DNA of 64,000 bases, taken from positions 117,666 through 181,665 of the forward strand of contig JADGRH010000006.1 in NCBI GenBank assembly GCA_017881075.1, written 5' to 3'. Origin of the DNA: Minisyncoccota bacterium (GTDB lineage Bacteria; Patescibacteriota; Minisyncoccia; Phycocordibacterales; CAJBRS01). Shown piece after piece: positions 1 to 9,045 of the stretch (within the stretch, counting starts at the first letter, position 1; each line of letters starts with the position of its first letter). A program made the translations under genes and the position numbers. The notes under the pieces were generated by a model. It saw only the letters and a list, made by a program, of their open reading frames with translations, did not search any database and was not told the DNA's origin.

Positions 1-1
1 G

Positions 2-229
2 GACCCAAGAAATCCTACTCAAACCGCAAAATTCTATAGTAAAAGTAAATACTACGCCGCTTACTTGGCTGATCCGAATAATAAACTGAAAAAAGATAAG
101 TTATGGTATGAACTCCCCTCTTCTCAAGTAATAAGACAATTGGCTCCGGCGCATAGTATTGCTAAAAAAGATTTATATAAAGCTGATAATTACTGTTTAC
201 AACTTAAGCATCTGAATGAGGGTATATAA
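2..229 (+). CDS. 3' end of a hypothetical protein (partial, runs in from window start)
   Basis: Frame +2 is open from base 2 to TAA at 227-229 (...DNYCLQLKHLNEGI*). Confidence 0.55.
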   Translation, partial: DPRNPTQTAKFYSKSKYYAAYLADPNNKLKKDKLWYELPSSQVIRQLAPAHSIAKKDLYKADNYCLQLKHLNEGI

Positions 230-265
230 ATTGAATGATTCCAAATCGAGTATAATTAAACCATT

Positions 266-1495
266 ATGAGTAAAAAAGTCTCTGTGATTGGAGTTTTGGT
301 TCTATGTTTAATTATTTTTTCCTTAACTTTAACTTCTCTCCACTCCCAAACCTACACCTCCGTCCCTCCCACCTTCCAATTCACCCGTAACCTCGGCCTC
401 GGTAACCGCGGTCAGGATGTAGAGAACCTCCAGTGTATATTAGGAGTGACACAGACGACCGGATATTACGGTCCCATCACTGCAGCCGCCGTTCTCCAGT
501 TTCAAAACGCTCACCCTACAGAGGTTCTTACTCCGATAGGTTTAACCGCTGGCACTGGCTACATGGGCTCATCCACCAGAGCTTATCTAAACACACAAAT
601 CTCACAGAATGCTTCATCATCTATCCCAACTTGTCCGACCTATATTCCTCTCACGCCAACAGAACCAACACCTGCACCAATCACATATCAACCTCAGCCA
701 CTACCACAACCTACACAGCCGACACAACCGACCCAAAATACCCAACCACCTCAACAGTTACCTATCACCCCCATCATCAATCCAGATGGTACGGTGAGTT
801 ACCTCAATCCAAATGCAACCTCCACCCTTAATCCTTACGGAACAATTATTAGTCCATACGGAACTACCAACCCTTACAATCCCTACCAGTCAATTCTACC
901 AACTTATAGAAGTCTCAATTCTTCTAATAATTCTCAAGGCTATACAAATTCAAATGCAGCAAATGCAACGGCAGCAATAAATGTTTCGCAGGGTACCGGC
1001 AGTATTGCAGGCTTACCAACAGTCGGCGTCTATAATCCAACAATGAGAAGAAATGAACCGTATGCACACGTTGTCACGGATTCATCCGGGTCTCCTTTTG
1101 TTGGAGATATTGTTACCACTTTCGGAGGTCCAAGAGATCATGACATTGATCCAGTGACCGGTCATGATCTTAACCTCAACCATTTACCCATCTATCCTGC
1201 CTGCACCGCCCACAGTTTAAATCCAAATGCTTATTACATGGCCTTTAGGTGGGATTACACCAAACCACAAACAACTTTCGCTAAACTTCGAAGTTCTTAT
1301 GTTCGTTTTTATAATCCAAAAACCAGATTGTATGCTTTAGCTATGCCGGTGGATTGGGGGCCGTCCCCTGTCTCCCCATCAAAAGCCACCATAGATGTAA
1401 GCGAAGGAACTCTGAAAGCTTTAGGAGCTGAGGGTGGAGACAAGATCTATTTTCAAATGGTGCCCGCCAGCGGTCCTTTGAAGTCCCCGTGTTGA
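266..1495 (+). CDS. Secreted peptidoglycan-binding protein with Pro/Gln/Thr linker and C-terminal RlpA/DPBB-like (lytic transglycosylase-like) domain
   Basis: Signal peptide; PG_binding_1-like RNLGLGNRGQDVENLQ...TGYYGPITAAAVLQFQ; C-terminus PVDWGP...IDVSEGTLKALG resembles RlpA DxGP...IDLS. Confidence 0.75.
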   Translation: MSKKVSVIGVLVLCLIIFSLTLTSLHSQTYTSVPPTFQFTRNLGLGNRGQDVENLQCILGVTQTTGYYGPITAAAVLQFQNAHPTEVLTPIGLTAGTGYMGSSTRAYLNTQISQNASSSIPTCPTYIPLTPTEPTPAPITYQPQPLPQPTQPTQPTQNTQPPQQLPITPIINPDGTVSYLNPNATSTLNPYGTIISPYGTTNPYNPYQSILPTYRSLNSSNNSQGYTNSNAANATAAINVSQGTGSIAGLPTVGVYNPTMRRNEPYAHVVTDSSGSPFVGDIVTTFGGPRDHDIDPVTGHDLNLNHLPIYPACTAHSLNPNAYYMAFRWDYTKPQTTFAKLRSSYVRFYNPKTRLYALAMPVDWGPSPVSPSKATIDVSEGTLKALGAEGGDKIYFQMVPASGPLKSPC

Positions 1496-1520
1496 ATTTT
1501 TCTGATATAATTAAAATATT

Positions 1521-2849
1521 ATGATGAGAAAATATTTCTTATTTGGTTTTCTAGCCATATTCTTAATTTCCCTCCCTCTCTCTATTAACTCCCAAACCTA
1601 CACCTCCGTCCCCCAAAACTTCCAATTCACCCGCAATCTAGGATTGGGTAACCGCGGTCAAGATGTGGAAAATCTTCAATGTATTCTCGGCGTTACCGAT
1701 CCGACTGGATATTATGGAACTATTACCTCTGCCGCTGTGCTCCAATTCCAAAATACTCACGCCGCCGATATCCTTACACCAGTAGGTTTAACCTCTGGCA
1801 CTGGCTACTTTGGTGCATCCACCAGAACTTACATCAACACCCAAATACAGAATGCTTCCTCATCCTCATCCTCATCCTCATCCTCATCCTCATCCTCATC
1901 CATTGTCCCAAGCTGTCCCACCTATACTCCTCCGACACCACTGCAGCCACAACAACCTCCTACCCCATATACTCCACCACCGCTTCCAACTCAACCGACA
2001 CAACCGACCACCCCACCCGGCACCGTCTCATGCCCGACAGGTTACAGCTGTATTCAGACTCCCAACCAAAACCAGAATCAGGGAGGGTTGCCGGCAGTTC
2101 CTTCCTTTGGACAGAATGGTGGGTTGAATGGGGGAAATCAGTATCAGCAACAACAATGCAATAGTTCGGAGGAAAATTTTTATGCTACGCATGGTGGCCG
2201 GAACGCATTGACGGAAGCGGCTTGGCAGTCTTGTTCTTACAATCAGCAGACTCAAAATACTCCTACCACCAATGCTCCACCACCGCCGGCCTCTAACGCG
2301 CCGGCACAGGATAATTTTTATGCAGTTAATGCGGATTCCTACATACTCGGACAATATAGGAATGGAGGTGATTGCTCACAGAATCAGGGTTACCAAAATT
2401 GTCCCGGACACCCACACTATTACACTACTCACCTTGCTAACCCCACACGTAGATGTGCCATTGACCCCACGATCGCATATTTAGAAAAAGACTTATTGCC
2501 CAAAGCTTTTCCTGGAGTTACTTTTAGCAGTGACTGTAGAACACCCAATGACAATCCTCCGAATCCTCCGGACAATGTGCATTATCCTGGCTTAGCAGTT
2601 GATATTCAGAAAAATGGTGGTCCTATAACAAAGGAAGTGGGTGACAAATTGGTAATTTGGGCTCAGAGGCCGGAAAATTTGATTTTAGGTTTAAAACAAA
2701 TTATTTTTGATGAAAAATCATGGAGATTCGTATCCTATAGCGATGCCTCCGGTCAACATTCTCACTGGATTGGCCCACTACAATTTGGTTGCCAAGGCGA
2801 AGGAGATAGTTGTCACCATGTTCACGTTCATTTTTCTGTAGGCGGTTAA
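1521..2849 (+). CDS. Secreted peptidoglycan-binding protein with C-terminal M15-like (D-Ala-D-Ala peptidase fold) Zn-peptidase domain
   Basis: N-terminal domain near-identical to 266-1495; C-terminus has HYPGLAVD (HxxxxxxD) and terminal HVH Zn-ligand motifs plus QIIF...W. Confidence 0.75.
   Translation: MMRKYFLFGFLAIFLISLPLSINSQTYTSVPQNFQFTRNLGLGNRGQDVENLQCILGVTDPTGYYGTITSAAVLQFQNTHAADILTPVGLTSGTGYFGASTRTYINTQIQNASSSSSSSSSSSSSSSIVPSCPTYTPPTPLQPQQPPTPYTPPPLPTQPTQPTTPPGTVSCPTGYSCIQTPNQNQNQGGLPAVPSFGQNGGLNGGNQYQQQQCNSSEENFYATHGGRNALTEAAWQSCSYNQQTQNTPTTNAPPPPASNAPAQDNFYAVNADSYILGQYRNGGDCSQNQGYQNCPGHPHYYTTHLANPTRRCAIDPTIAYLEKDLLPKAFPGVTFSSDCRTPNDNPPNPPDNVHYPGLAVDIQKNGGPITKEVGDKLVIWAQRPENLILGLKQIIFDEKSWRFVSYSDASGQHSHWIGPLQFGCQGEGDSCHHVHVHFSVGG
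1857..1901 (+). repeat. (TCCTCA)7.5 in-frame microsatellite encoding 15 Ser
   Basis: Perfect hexamer tandem repeat read directly; the paralog has only 3 Ser here. Confidence 0.95.
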
Positions 2850-2965
2850 GAAAAGGGAGAAAATAGCAACGGCGATGCCCCCTTGCCACATCACCCACGT
2901 GCATTTCGGCATTAACTAAGCTATAATTTAAGCCGAGGGAAACACTTTCGTTTTTATAATAAACC

Positions 2966-4315
2966 ATGCAAAATAAACACTCTTTGGCCCGATATTTCTC
3001 TCTTCTTTTGATTATTGGTATTTTTTTCTCTCCAATCCCTGTTCTTTATGCACAAAATTCCCCAAATTACGACTATTCTCTGGTTCCAAACACCTACTCT
3101 TTTAATAGAGACTTTGGTAATCCTACCCAAGATCCGGCAGGCCAAAATGACGTTTCCTATTTACAATGTATTCTTGGCATGAGTCCAACCGGCTATTTCG
3201 GCTCGATCACCCAAGCCACCCTAAAAACATTTCAAGAGAATCACGCTGAAGCAGTTCTTACTCCGGTAGGTTTAACCACCGGTACTGGATATTTAGGTAG
3301 CAGTACCAGAGCTTACATCAATGCTCAACTAGTGACCGATGGTTCCACCACGGGTCCTCATTGCAGTGCTCCTACAAACACCACTGATCAATATGGTAAT
3401 CCAATCGGTACTCAATATCCTAACAATACCAACCCGTATCAAACGAATCCAAACAACAATAATCAACCCGCTAACAGTCAAAACTCGCTTCTCCCTCTCC
3501 TTCCCTACTTTATGATGATGTCACAAGGAGGAGGAGCACCACATTTGGTAAATCCAAATCAGCAGAATTCAACAAATAATCAAACTCCGTATTATCCACC
3601 AACAACTACTACCACTACAAATCCTCCAGCCGGTCCAGCTAATCCAGCTAATCCAGTTAATCCAGCTAATCCTCAACAAAATCCTCTAGCAAATAATTAC
3701 GGGAACCCACTATCATGTCAGTCGCCTAATACTTTTAATTACGCAACCGGAAAATGTGTAACTCCAGATGGTTGTAATTTGCCGCAAGTCTTTAATTTCC
3801 CAATGGGAAAGTGTGTAGATCCAAGTGGAACATCTCAGACTCCTCCGACCTCTAGCCAATCTAATCCGGACCACATCTTTGCTGGTCCAGTTGTTTATGA
3901 TTCTATGGATGCTGTTAACCGAGGTAATGAAATTTATTTGGGCAATGATGACAGACCATGTAGGCGCAGTGAGCCACACATGTTTTTAATTATCGTGAAT
4001 AATAGATATATATCTTCCGGTGATGGATCTCTTTACTTATTATTTGATGAAAATCAGACCAAGCTTGGAGGCCAACTAGTTGCTAGTCAAAATAATCTGG
4101 CTCCTGCGGCTGAACTTCTTAAAACAGGCCAGTGTATAACAGGTGACTTTATCCCCAACTCTACTCGTCTCAATGGATACCAAAGTAATTTTTGTCAGGA
4201 TTATACTCGATATGGCCAGCCACGCGTAGGTAGTACCGCTTGGCCGGTGGATGGGATTTTGAATAATATTGAAGTAAGTGCCAACGGAGCATGCTCTACA
4301 AATGTTCCACACTAA
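2966..4315 (+). CDS. Secreted peptidoglycan-binding protein with Asn/Pro linker and Cys-rich C-terminal domain of unknown function
   Basis: Signal peptide; LQCILG..PTGYFGSITQATLKTFQ PG-binding module; C-terminus shares motifs with 4346-6199. Confidence 0.7.
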   Translation: MQNKHSLARYFSLLLIIGIFFSPIPVLYAQNSPNYDYSLVPNTYSFNRDFGNPTQDPAGQNDVSYLQCILGMSPTGYFGSITQATLKTFQENHAEAVLTPVGLTTGTGYLGSSTRAYINAQLVTDGSTTGPHCSAPTNTTDQYGNPIGTQYPNNTNPYQTNPNNNNQPANSQNSLLPLLPYFMMMSQGGGAPHLVNPNQQNSTNNQTPYYPPTTTTTTNPPAGPANPANPVNPANPQQNPLANNYGNPLSCQSPNTFNYATGKCVTPDGCNLPQVFNFPMGKCVDPSGTSQTPPTSSQSNPDHIFAGPVVYDSMDAVNRGNEIYLGNDDRPCRRSEPHMFLIIVNNRYISSGDGSLYLLFDENQTKLGGQLVASQNNLAPAAELLKTGQCITGDFIPNSTRLNGYQSNFCQDYTRYGQPRVGSTAWPVDGILNNIEVSANGACSTNVPH

Positions 4316-4345
4316 GATGATTAAAAGCTAATTAAAATTATATTT

Positions 4346-6199
4346 GTGAGAAAAATTATTCTTCAATCTATTAAATTTACCCTAGTTCTATCCATTGTTC
4401 TTTCCAACATCTTCTTTCTTCTCCCCTCCCAAACTCTAGCCGTCGTCGTCAACGGCACGGGCACTCCTCCGCCTACAAATATTCCTCCAGTCGCTGGCAC
4501 CGATCCACAGCAACCATTTAATGTTACTTCTAATCCGCCTGCTAACACTGCGAACCCGGCAATCATCAACTCAGTCATTCCCACCTACACTAATGATCGT
4601 TGGTCCGAGAGCACTCTTCGAAGTCAATTTAATCAATATGGCATTGATGTGAACAATGGTGTTCAACTTTATGGTCTTGGTAATTTTGCTGTCACCGGAG
4701 CAGTATCCCTGAAAAAAACTGTTGACTATTACACTAGCGCAGTGCGAGTAAGTAGCGTTCCTCTTTCAAATCTGACAGTCACAGCCGGAACCGATACTTA
4801 TAATACAGACCAGCCAGTTCTTGATATTACCAGTAATCCAAATCTTGATTATTTCATCAATCATCTCGCCACTTCTCGGGGGAGTAGTAATTACGGCCAG
4901 CTCTATCAATTAGGAGATGATTATTTTTTCCAGAACAATAATTCCTGGCATATAATTTTTGGTCCAAGCAATGGCGCCTTCGTTAAAAACACTATCAATT
5001 TCTTTGGTATCGTTCGAGACAATTTTGCCGTGCCTCACCCTGTCATTACCGATACCAACACTCCTTCTGTCGTTTCTTTTCCTCGCAATCTAGGCGTAGG
5101 TACTAAGGGTCAAGATGTTCACGATCTTCAGCAATTACTTAATGCTGATTCTTACACCACAGTAGCTAGCACAGGTGATGGTTCACCCGGCCACGAAACA
5201 CAATATTTTGGAGTGAAAACCCAAGATGCGGTGAAACGATATCAATATAAAGATAATGAGATCCTTGATGCGGCCGCTATCACCACTCCGACTGGTTTCT
5301 TTGGCACATTTAGCCGAGCGGCCATGGCTTCTTATGGAAATTATCTGAACGCTCTAAAGAACAATCAAAATAGAGCCACTCTAGCCTATCCTACTCCGAC
5401 GAAGCCATTAGAAGATATTCCGCTTAATGGTAATGCTCCTGTCAGCAATCCAAACAATGGTACTCCAAATAATAATCCCGCTCCGGCTACTCCAATTTCT
5501 CTAAACACTACTCCCACCGCCCCGACTTACAATTTCACTAATGGTCCGCCTAATCCATATGCTTCCACTACCGATCCTTACGCTCCTCTTCCGCCAGATC
5601 CGACTTTAAACAATACGCCGGTCTTTGATCAACCAAACTACGTTGGTATTCAAGATCCGAATATTGCTGTCAATCAGACTCCAAATTCTTCTCAACCAAC
5701 CTCACCTTCAAGCATAAATCAATATTTGCCAACGATTTTCTCGGTGATGCAGATGCTTCAAAGAGGAGGATTCTCCTTGCCGGGGCTGGGCGGGGCGCAT
5801 GCTCCGGGGGCGGGCGGGGCGCCGGCGGCTAGTGGGTTACCGGATTATGGCGGTAAGACTTCTTACAACTCTTTCTATTTTAAGAGTGATCCATATAGAC
5901 CTTGTGGCTGTAGCGCTCAAGAAACATATTTGATCATTAATGATAATTCCAGAAGTTCTACCAGGACACCTAGTCCGATTGTTTTGCTTCAAACTCAAGC
6001 AACCTCTTTGATCACTGGCCCCTTAATGATAGGAGCCTGTGCAATAGGTAAATATTTACCACCAACGGCCTGCAGTAGTTGGGTTCTAAGAGGTAATGTT
6101 AACGTTTGTCAGCCAGGTCCGGGAGATGAATTTCCGTGGGCCATACCTTTCGGAACTATAAAAACAGTAGAGTCTCAATCAAATTCTTGTAGCCAGTAA
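4346..6199 (+). CDS. Secreted protein with central peptidoglycan-binding domain and Cys-rich C-terminal domain
   Basis: Signal peptide; FPRNLGVGTKGQDVHDLQQLLN...YFGVKTQDAVKRYQ; GTG start. Confidence 0.7.
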   Translation: MRKIILQSIKFTLVLSIVLSNIFFLLPSQTLAVVVNGTGTPPPTNIPPVAGTDPQQPFNVTSNPPANTANPAIINSVIPTYTNDRWSESTLRSQFNQYGIDVNNGVQLYGLGNFAVTGAVSLKKTVDYYTSAVRVSSVPLSNLTVTAGTDTYNTDQPVLDITSNPNLDYFINHLATSRGSSNYGQLYQLGDDYFFQNNNSWHIIFGPSNGAFVKNTINFFGIVRDNFAVPHPVITDTNTPSVVSFPRNLGVGTKGQDVHDLQQLLNADSYTTVASTGDGSPGHETQYFGVKTQDAVKRYQYKDNEILDAAAITTPTGFFGTFSRAAMASYGNYLNALKNNQNRATLAYPTPTKPLEDIPLNGNAPVSNPNNGTPNNNPAPATPISLNTTPTAPTYNFTNGPPNPYASTTDPYAPLPPDPTLNNTPVFDQPNYVGIQDPNIAVNQTPNSSQPTSPSSINQYLPTIFSVMQMLQRGGFSLPGLGGAHAPGAGGAPAASGLPDYGGKTSYNSFYFKSDPYRPCGCSAQETYLIINDNSRSSTRTPSPIVLLQTQATSLITGPLMIGACAIGKYLPPTACSSWVLRGNVNVCQPGPGDEFPWAIPFGTIKTVESQSNSCSQ

Positions 6200-6988
6200 T
6201 TAAAGGGTTAAGTTTCTCCAATCTTCCAAACTCAAATCTTCCGCTCTGGCTTTTTCGGAGATTTGAGACCGCCGGAATTTCTCTTCCCAGGGAATTTCGG
6301 CGGTTTCTTTTAATTGGCGCAAATTACTGATCAAAAATTTGCGCTTGTGAGCAAAGCCAGCTTTTATGAGCTCAAAAAATTTTTCCTCTTCAATTTTGCT
6401 GTCGTGGAAAAATTTTTTGGAAATGTTCTCGATTAATAAAATAGCAGAATCTACTTTAGGTGCCGGCGCAAAATAGCGCGCCGACACCGTTTTGATGTAT
6501 TTCGGCTTGCCGTAAGCCTTAACACTAAGTGAGAGCAAGCTTTCTTTGCCGTCATTTGCCACAATTCTTTTAGCCACTTCTTTTTGAAGCATTAATACCA
6601 TTCGTTTTGGCTGGATGTCTCCAGAGAGAAACTTGCGTAAAAATATTCCGGTGATGTAATAGGGAATGTTGGCAACAATAGAATAGGTGTTAGGTTTTAG
6701 GTTATAGGTTTTAGGATTGAAGTTGAGGATATCGTCGTGCACCAATTCCAACTTTCTCGTCAATATCTCTTCCTTAAATTTTTCTTCCAGTAGAGGAACT
6801 AGCCGGTCATCCTTCTCTACCACCACCAACCGGGGCGCTGACGCCAATAATTCTTGCGTCAGCGCCCCTTTCCCCGGACCAACTTCCAGCACATTATCGC
6901 CACTTTTAATATCCGCTATCCGAACAATATCGGAAAGAATTTTTTTCGAATGTAGAAAATTTTGCCCCAATGATTTTTTTGCTCTCAT
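6200..6988 (-). CDS. rsmA: 16S rRNA m6,2A dimethyltransferase
   Basis: KKSLGQNFL, VLEVGPGKG, VANIPY, PAPKVDSA motifs. Confidence 0.97.
   Translation of the reverse strand: MRAKKSLGQNFLHSKKILSDIVRIADIKSGDNVLEVGPGKGALTQELLASAPRLVVVEKDDRLVPLLEEKFKEEILTRKLELVHDDILNFNPKTYNLKPNTYSIVANIPYYITGIFLRKFLSGDIQPKRMVLMLQKEVAKRIVANDGKESLLSLSVKAYGKPKYIKTVSARYFAPAPKVDSAILLIENISKKFFHDSKIEEEKFFELIKAGFAHKRKFLISNLRQLKETAEIPWEEKFRRSQISEKARAEDLSLEDWRNLTL
6684..6718. repeat. Five tandem TAGGNNN heptamers inside rsmA
   Basis: taggtgt taggttt taggtta taggttt taggatt. Confidence 0.85.
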
Positions 6989-8916
6989 ATATAAATAGTT
7001 TTTTCACTCAGATTTTCCTCGCTCTCTAGCGATTCTTCATCAAGATCAATAATAAACTCCGAAGGAATGCTAACCTGTTTTGCTCCAAAGATTGTCCGGA
7101 CTGATGCGTATGTAAGATAAAGTTTTATTTTAGCTCGGGTAAGAGCAACATAAAAAAGTCTTCGCTCCTCTTCCTCTTCTTCCCCACTCAATTCTTCCTC
7201 ACTTAATCTTTTGTGTGGAAACAAATCACTTTCAAGCCCACTGACAAACACATAAGAAAATTCCAAACCTTTGGATGCATGAACCGTCATTAATTTAACC
7301 GAGCTGGTTTTTTCTTCCATCTCGTCTTGATCCGACGCCAATGATGCGTCCGCCAATAACTTTTCAATTCCCTCTTCTGGTGGCAAGTAGTCGTACTTAG
7401 TGGCTAGTGTTGCCAACTCTTTAATGTTTTCCAGTCGATTCTCATCTTCTTCCTTCCCTTTTCTATACATTTCTTCCATACCGCTTGCTTTGATGACGTA
7501 TTTAATAGTGTCTGACGGCTTTGATTTCAAGGCCATCATTTGAATTTGTACTAGAAGATTGCGGAAATTTGCCAGCCTCTCCTTCATTGAGGTTGGCAAG
7601 CCCTCTTCTTGCTTTGCGGTAATCTTAAGCAAGGTCAATTTTCCAATGCCACGCGCCGGCACATTAATAACCCGTTTAATGTCCGAAAAACTATCCGGAT
7701 TGAGAGCCGCCCGAAGATATGAAAGCGTATCTTTTACTTCCTTTCTCTCAAAAAATCGAACACCTAAAATTTGATACGGCACCTCTCTCATTAAAAAGGC
7801 TTCTTCCAGTACGCGTGATTGAAAATTAGCCCGATATAGAACAGCGATCTCTTTCGGTGCCACGCCACTCTCAATTAACTCGGCCGATTTCCGAGAAATG
7901 AAATCGGCCTCGTCCGTCTCATCATATGCGGCATACAATCCGATCTTTGCTCCACCTTTTTTATTCGTAAAAAGTTTTTTATCTTTTCGATGAATATTTT
8001 TTTCGATAATAAGATTGGCCGCATTTAAAATTATTTCAGTCGATCGATAATTTTCTTCAAGTAATACTACTTTCGCTTCAGGATAATCTTCCTCAAAACT
8101 TAAAATGTTTCTAATATCCGCCCCACGCCAGCTATAAATATTTTGATCCACATCTCCCACCACACAAATATTTTTTTCTTTCCTAGCTAAGAGTTTAGCA
8201 ATAGTGTATTGAACTCGATTGGTATCCTGATACTCGTCAATGTGAATGTATTTCCAAATGTTTTGATAGTGAGCAAGGATCAAAGGGTTTCGTTTTAGTA
8301 AGTCCGCGCTTTTCAGAAGCAGATCATCAAAATCCAAAGCTCTTTCTCTTTTTAATATCTTTTCGTACTCGGCCCAGACCGACGATACAATCTTGCCGAA
8401 ATAATCCCGACCAGACTCTTCCTCATAATCCCCTTGGCTAATGTTGTCTCCTTTTTGGCGAGAAATGACATGAAGAATCTTTGTCGGCTCAAATTTTTTC
8501 GGATCCAGAGATAAAATCTCCAAACCCTCTTTCACCGCTCGTTTTGAGTCACTGCGATCATAGATGGAAAAGTGTCGTGGCAGATCAAGCAACTTTGAGT
8601 TTTCTTTGATGATGTGAACGCCCAAGGAGTGAAAAGTAGAGACAAAAGGGCGCTCCGATGACGAGATTGGCAGGTTCAATTCCTTGTCATTTTTTAAAAG
8701 TTCGTACACCCGCTCTCTCATTTCCTTGGCTGCTTTGTTGGTGAAGGTGATGGCCAGGATATTTGCCGGCGCTACCCCAGTTTTAATCAAGTGGAGGATA
8801 CGGTGGGTGATAGTCTTAGTCTTCCCCGCTCCGGCGCCGGCCAAAATTAAAAGAGGACCCTCCGTTTGGAGTACAGCGGCCTTTTGCCTTTCATTTAAGC
8901 CATTTAAATCATTCAT
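6985..8916 (-). CDS. pcrA: UvrD/PcrA SF1 DNA helicase
   Basis: AGAGAGKT, FTNKAA, DEYQD, GDVDQNIYSWRGA, TVHASKGLEF, YVALTRA. Confidence 0.95.
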   Translation of the reverse strand: MNDLNGLNERQKAAVLQTEGPLLILAGAGAGKTKTITHRILHLIKTGVAPANILAITFTNKAAKEMRERVYELLKNDKELNLPISSSERPFVSTFHSLGVHIIKENSKLLDLPRHFSIYDRSDSKRAVKEGLEILSLDPKKFEPTKILHVISRQKGDNISQGDYEEESGRDYFGKIVSSVWAEYEKILKRERALDFDDLLLKSADLLKRNPLILAHYQNIWKYIHIDEYQDTNRVQYTIAKLLARKEKNICVVGDVDQNIYSWRGADIRNILSFEEDYPEAKVVLLEENYRSTEIILNAANLIIEKNIHRKDKKLFTNKKGGAKIGLYAAYDETDEADFISRKSAELIESGVAPKEIAVLYRANFQSRVLEEAFLMREVPYQILGVRFFERKEVKDTLSYLRAALNPDSFSDIKRVINVPARGIGKLTLLKITAKQEEGLPTSMKERLANFRNLLVQIQMMALKSKPSDTIKYVIKASGMEEMYRKGKEEDENRLENIKELATLATKYDYLPPEEGIEKLLADASLASDQDEMEEKTSSVKLMTVHASKGLEFSYVFVSGLESDLFPHKRLSEEELSGEEEEEERRLFYVALTRAKIKLYLTYASVRTIFGAKQVSIPSEFIIDLDEESLESEENLSEKTIYI

Positions 8917-8943
8917 AACTCCGAAACTATATCACGAAATTAG

Positions 8944-8952
8944 TTATCCACA
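8944..8952 (+). promoter_or_regulatory. Perfect DnaA box in the pcrA / M23 divergent promoter region
   Basis: TTATCCACA. Confidence 0.5.
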
Positions 8953-9045
8953 CCCCTTTTTTGACCTCATTGACACCCTCTCTGAGGGAGCTATGATTAC
9001 TTTCATACCGAATTTCCGAGTGGTTTTGGGGGCAACCCCATTTTT

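Noticed and set aside
1679-2164. Alternative-frame ORFs with (IL)n and (HP)n runs
   Set aside because: Frame-shifted readings of the TCCTCA microsatellite
266-6199. Diversity-generating retroelement driving the variable tips
   Set aside because: No reverse transcriptase and no adenine-mismatched TR/VR pair seen in the window
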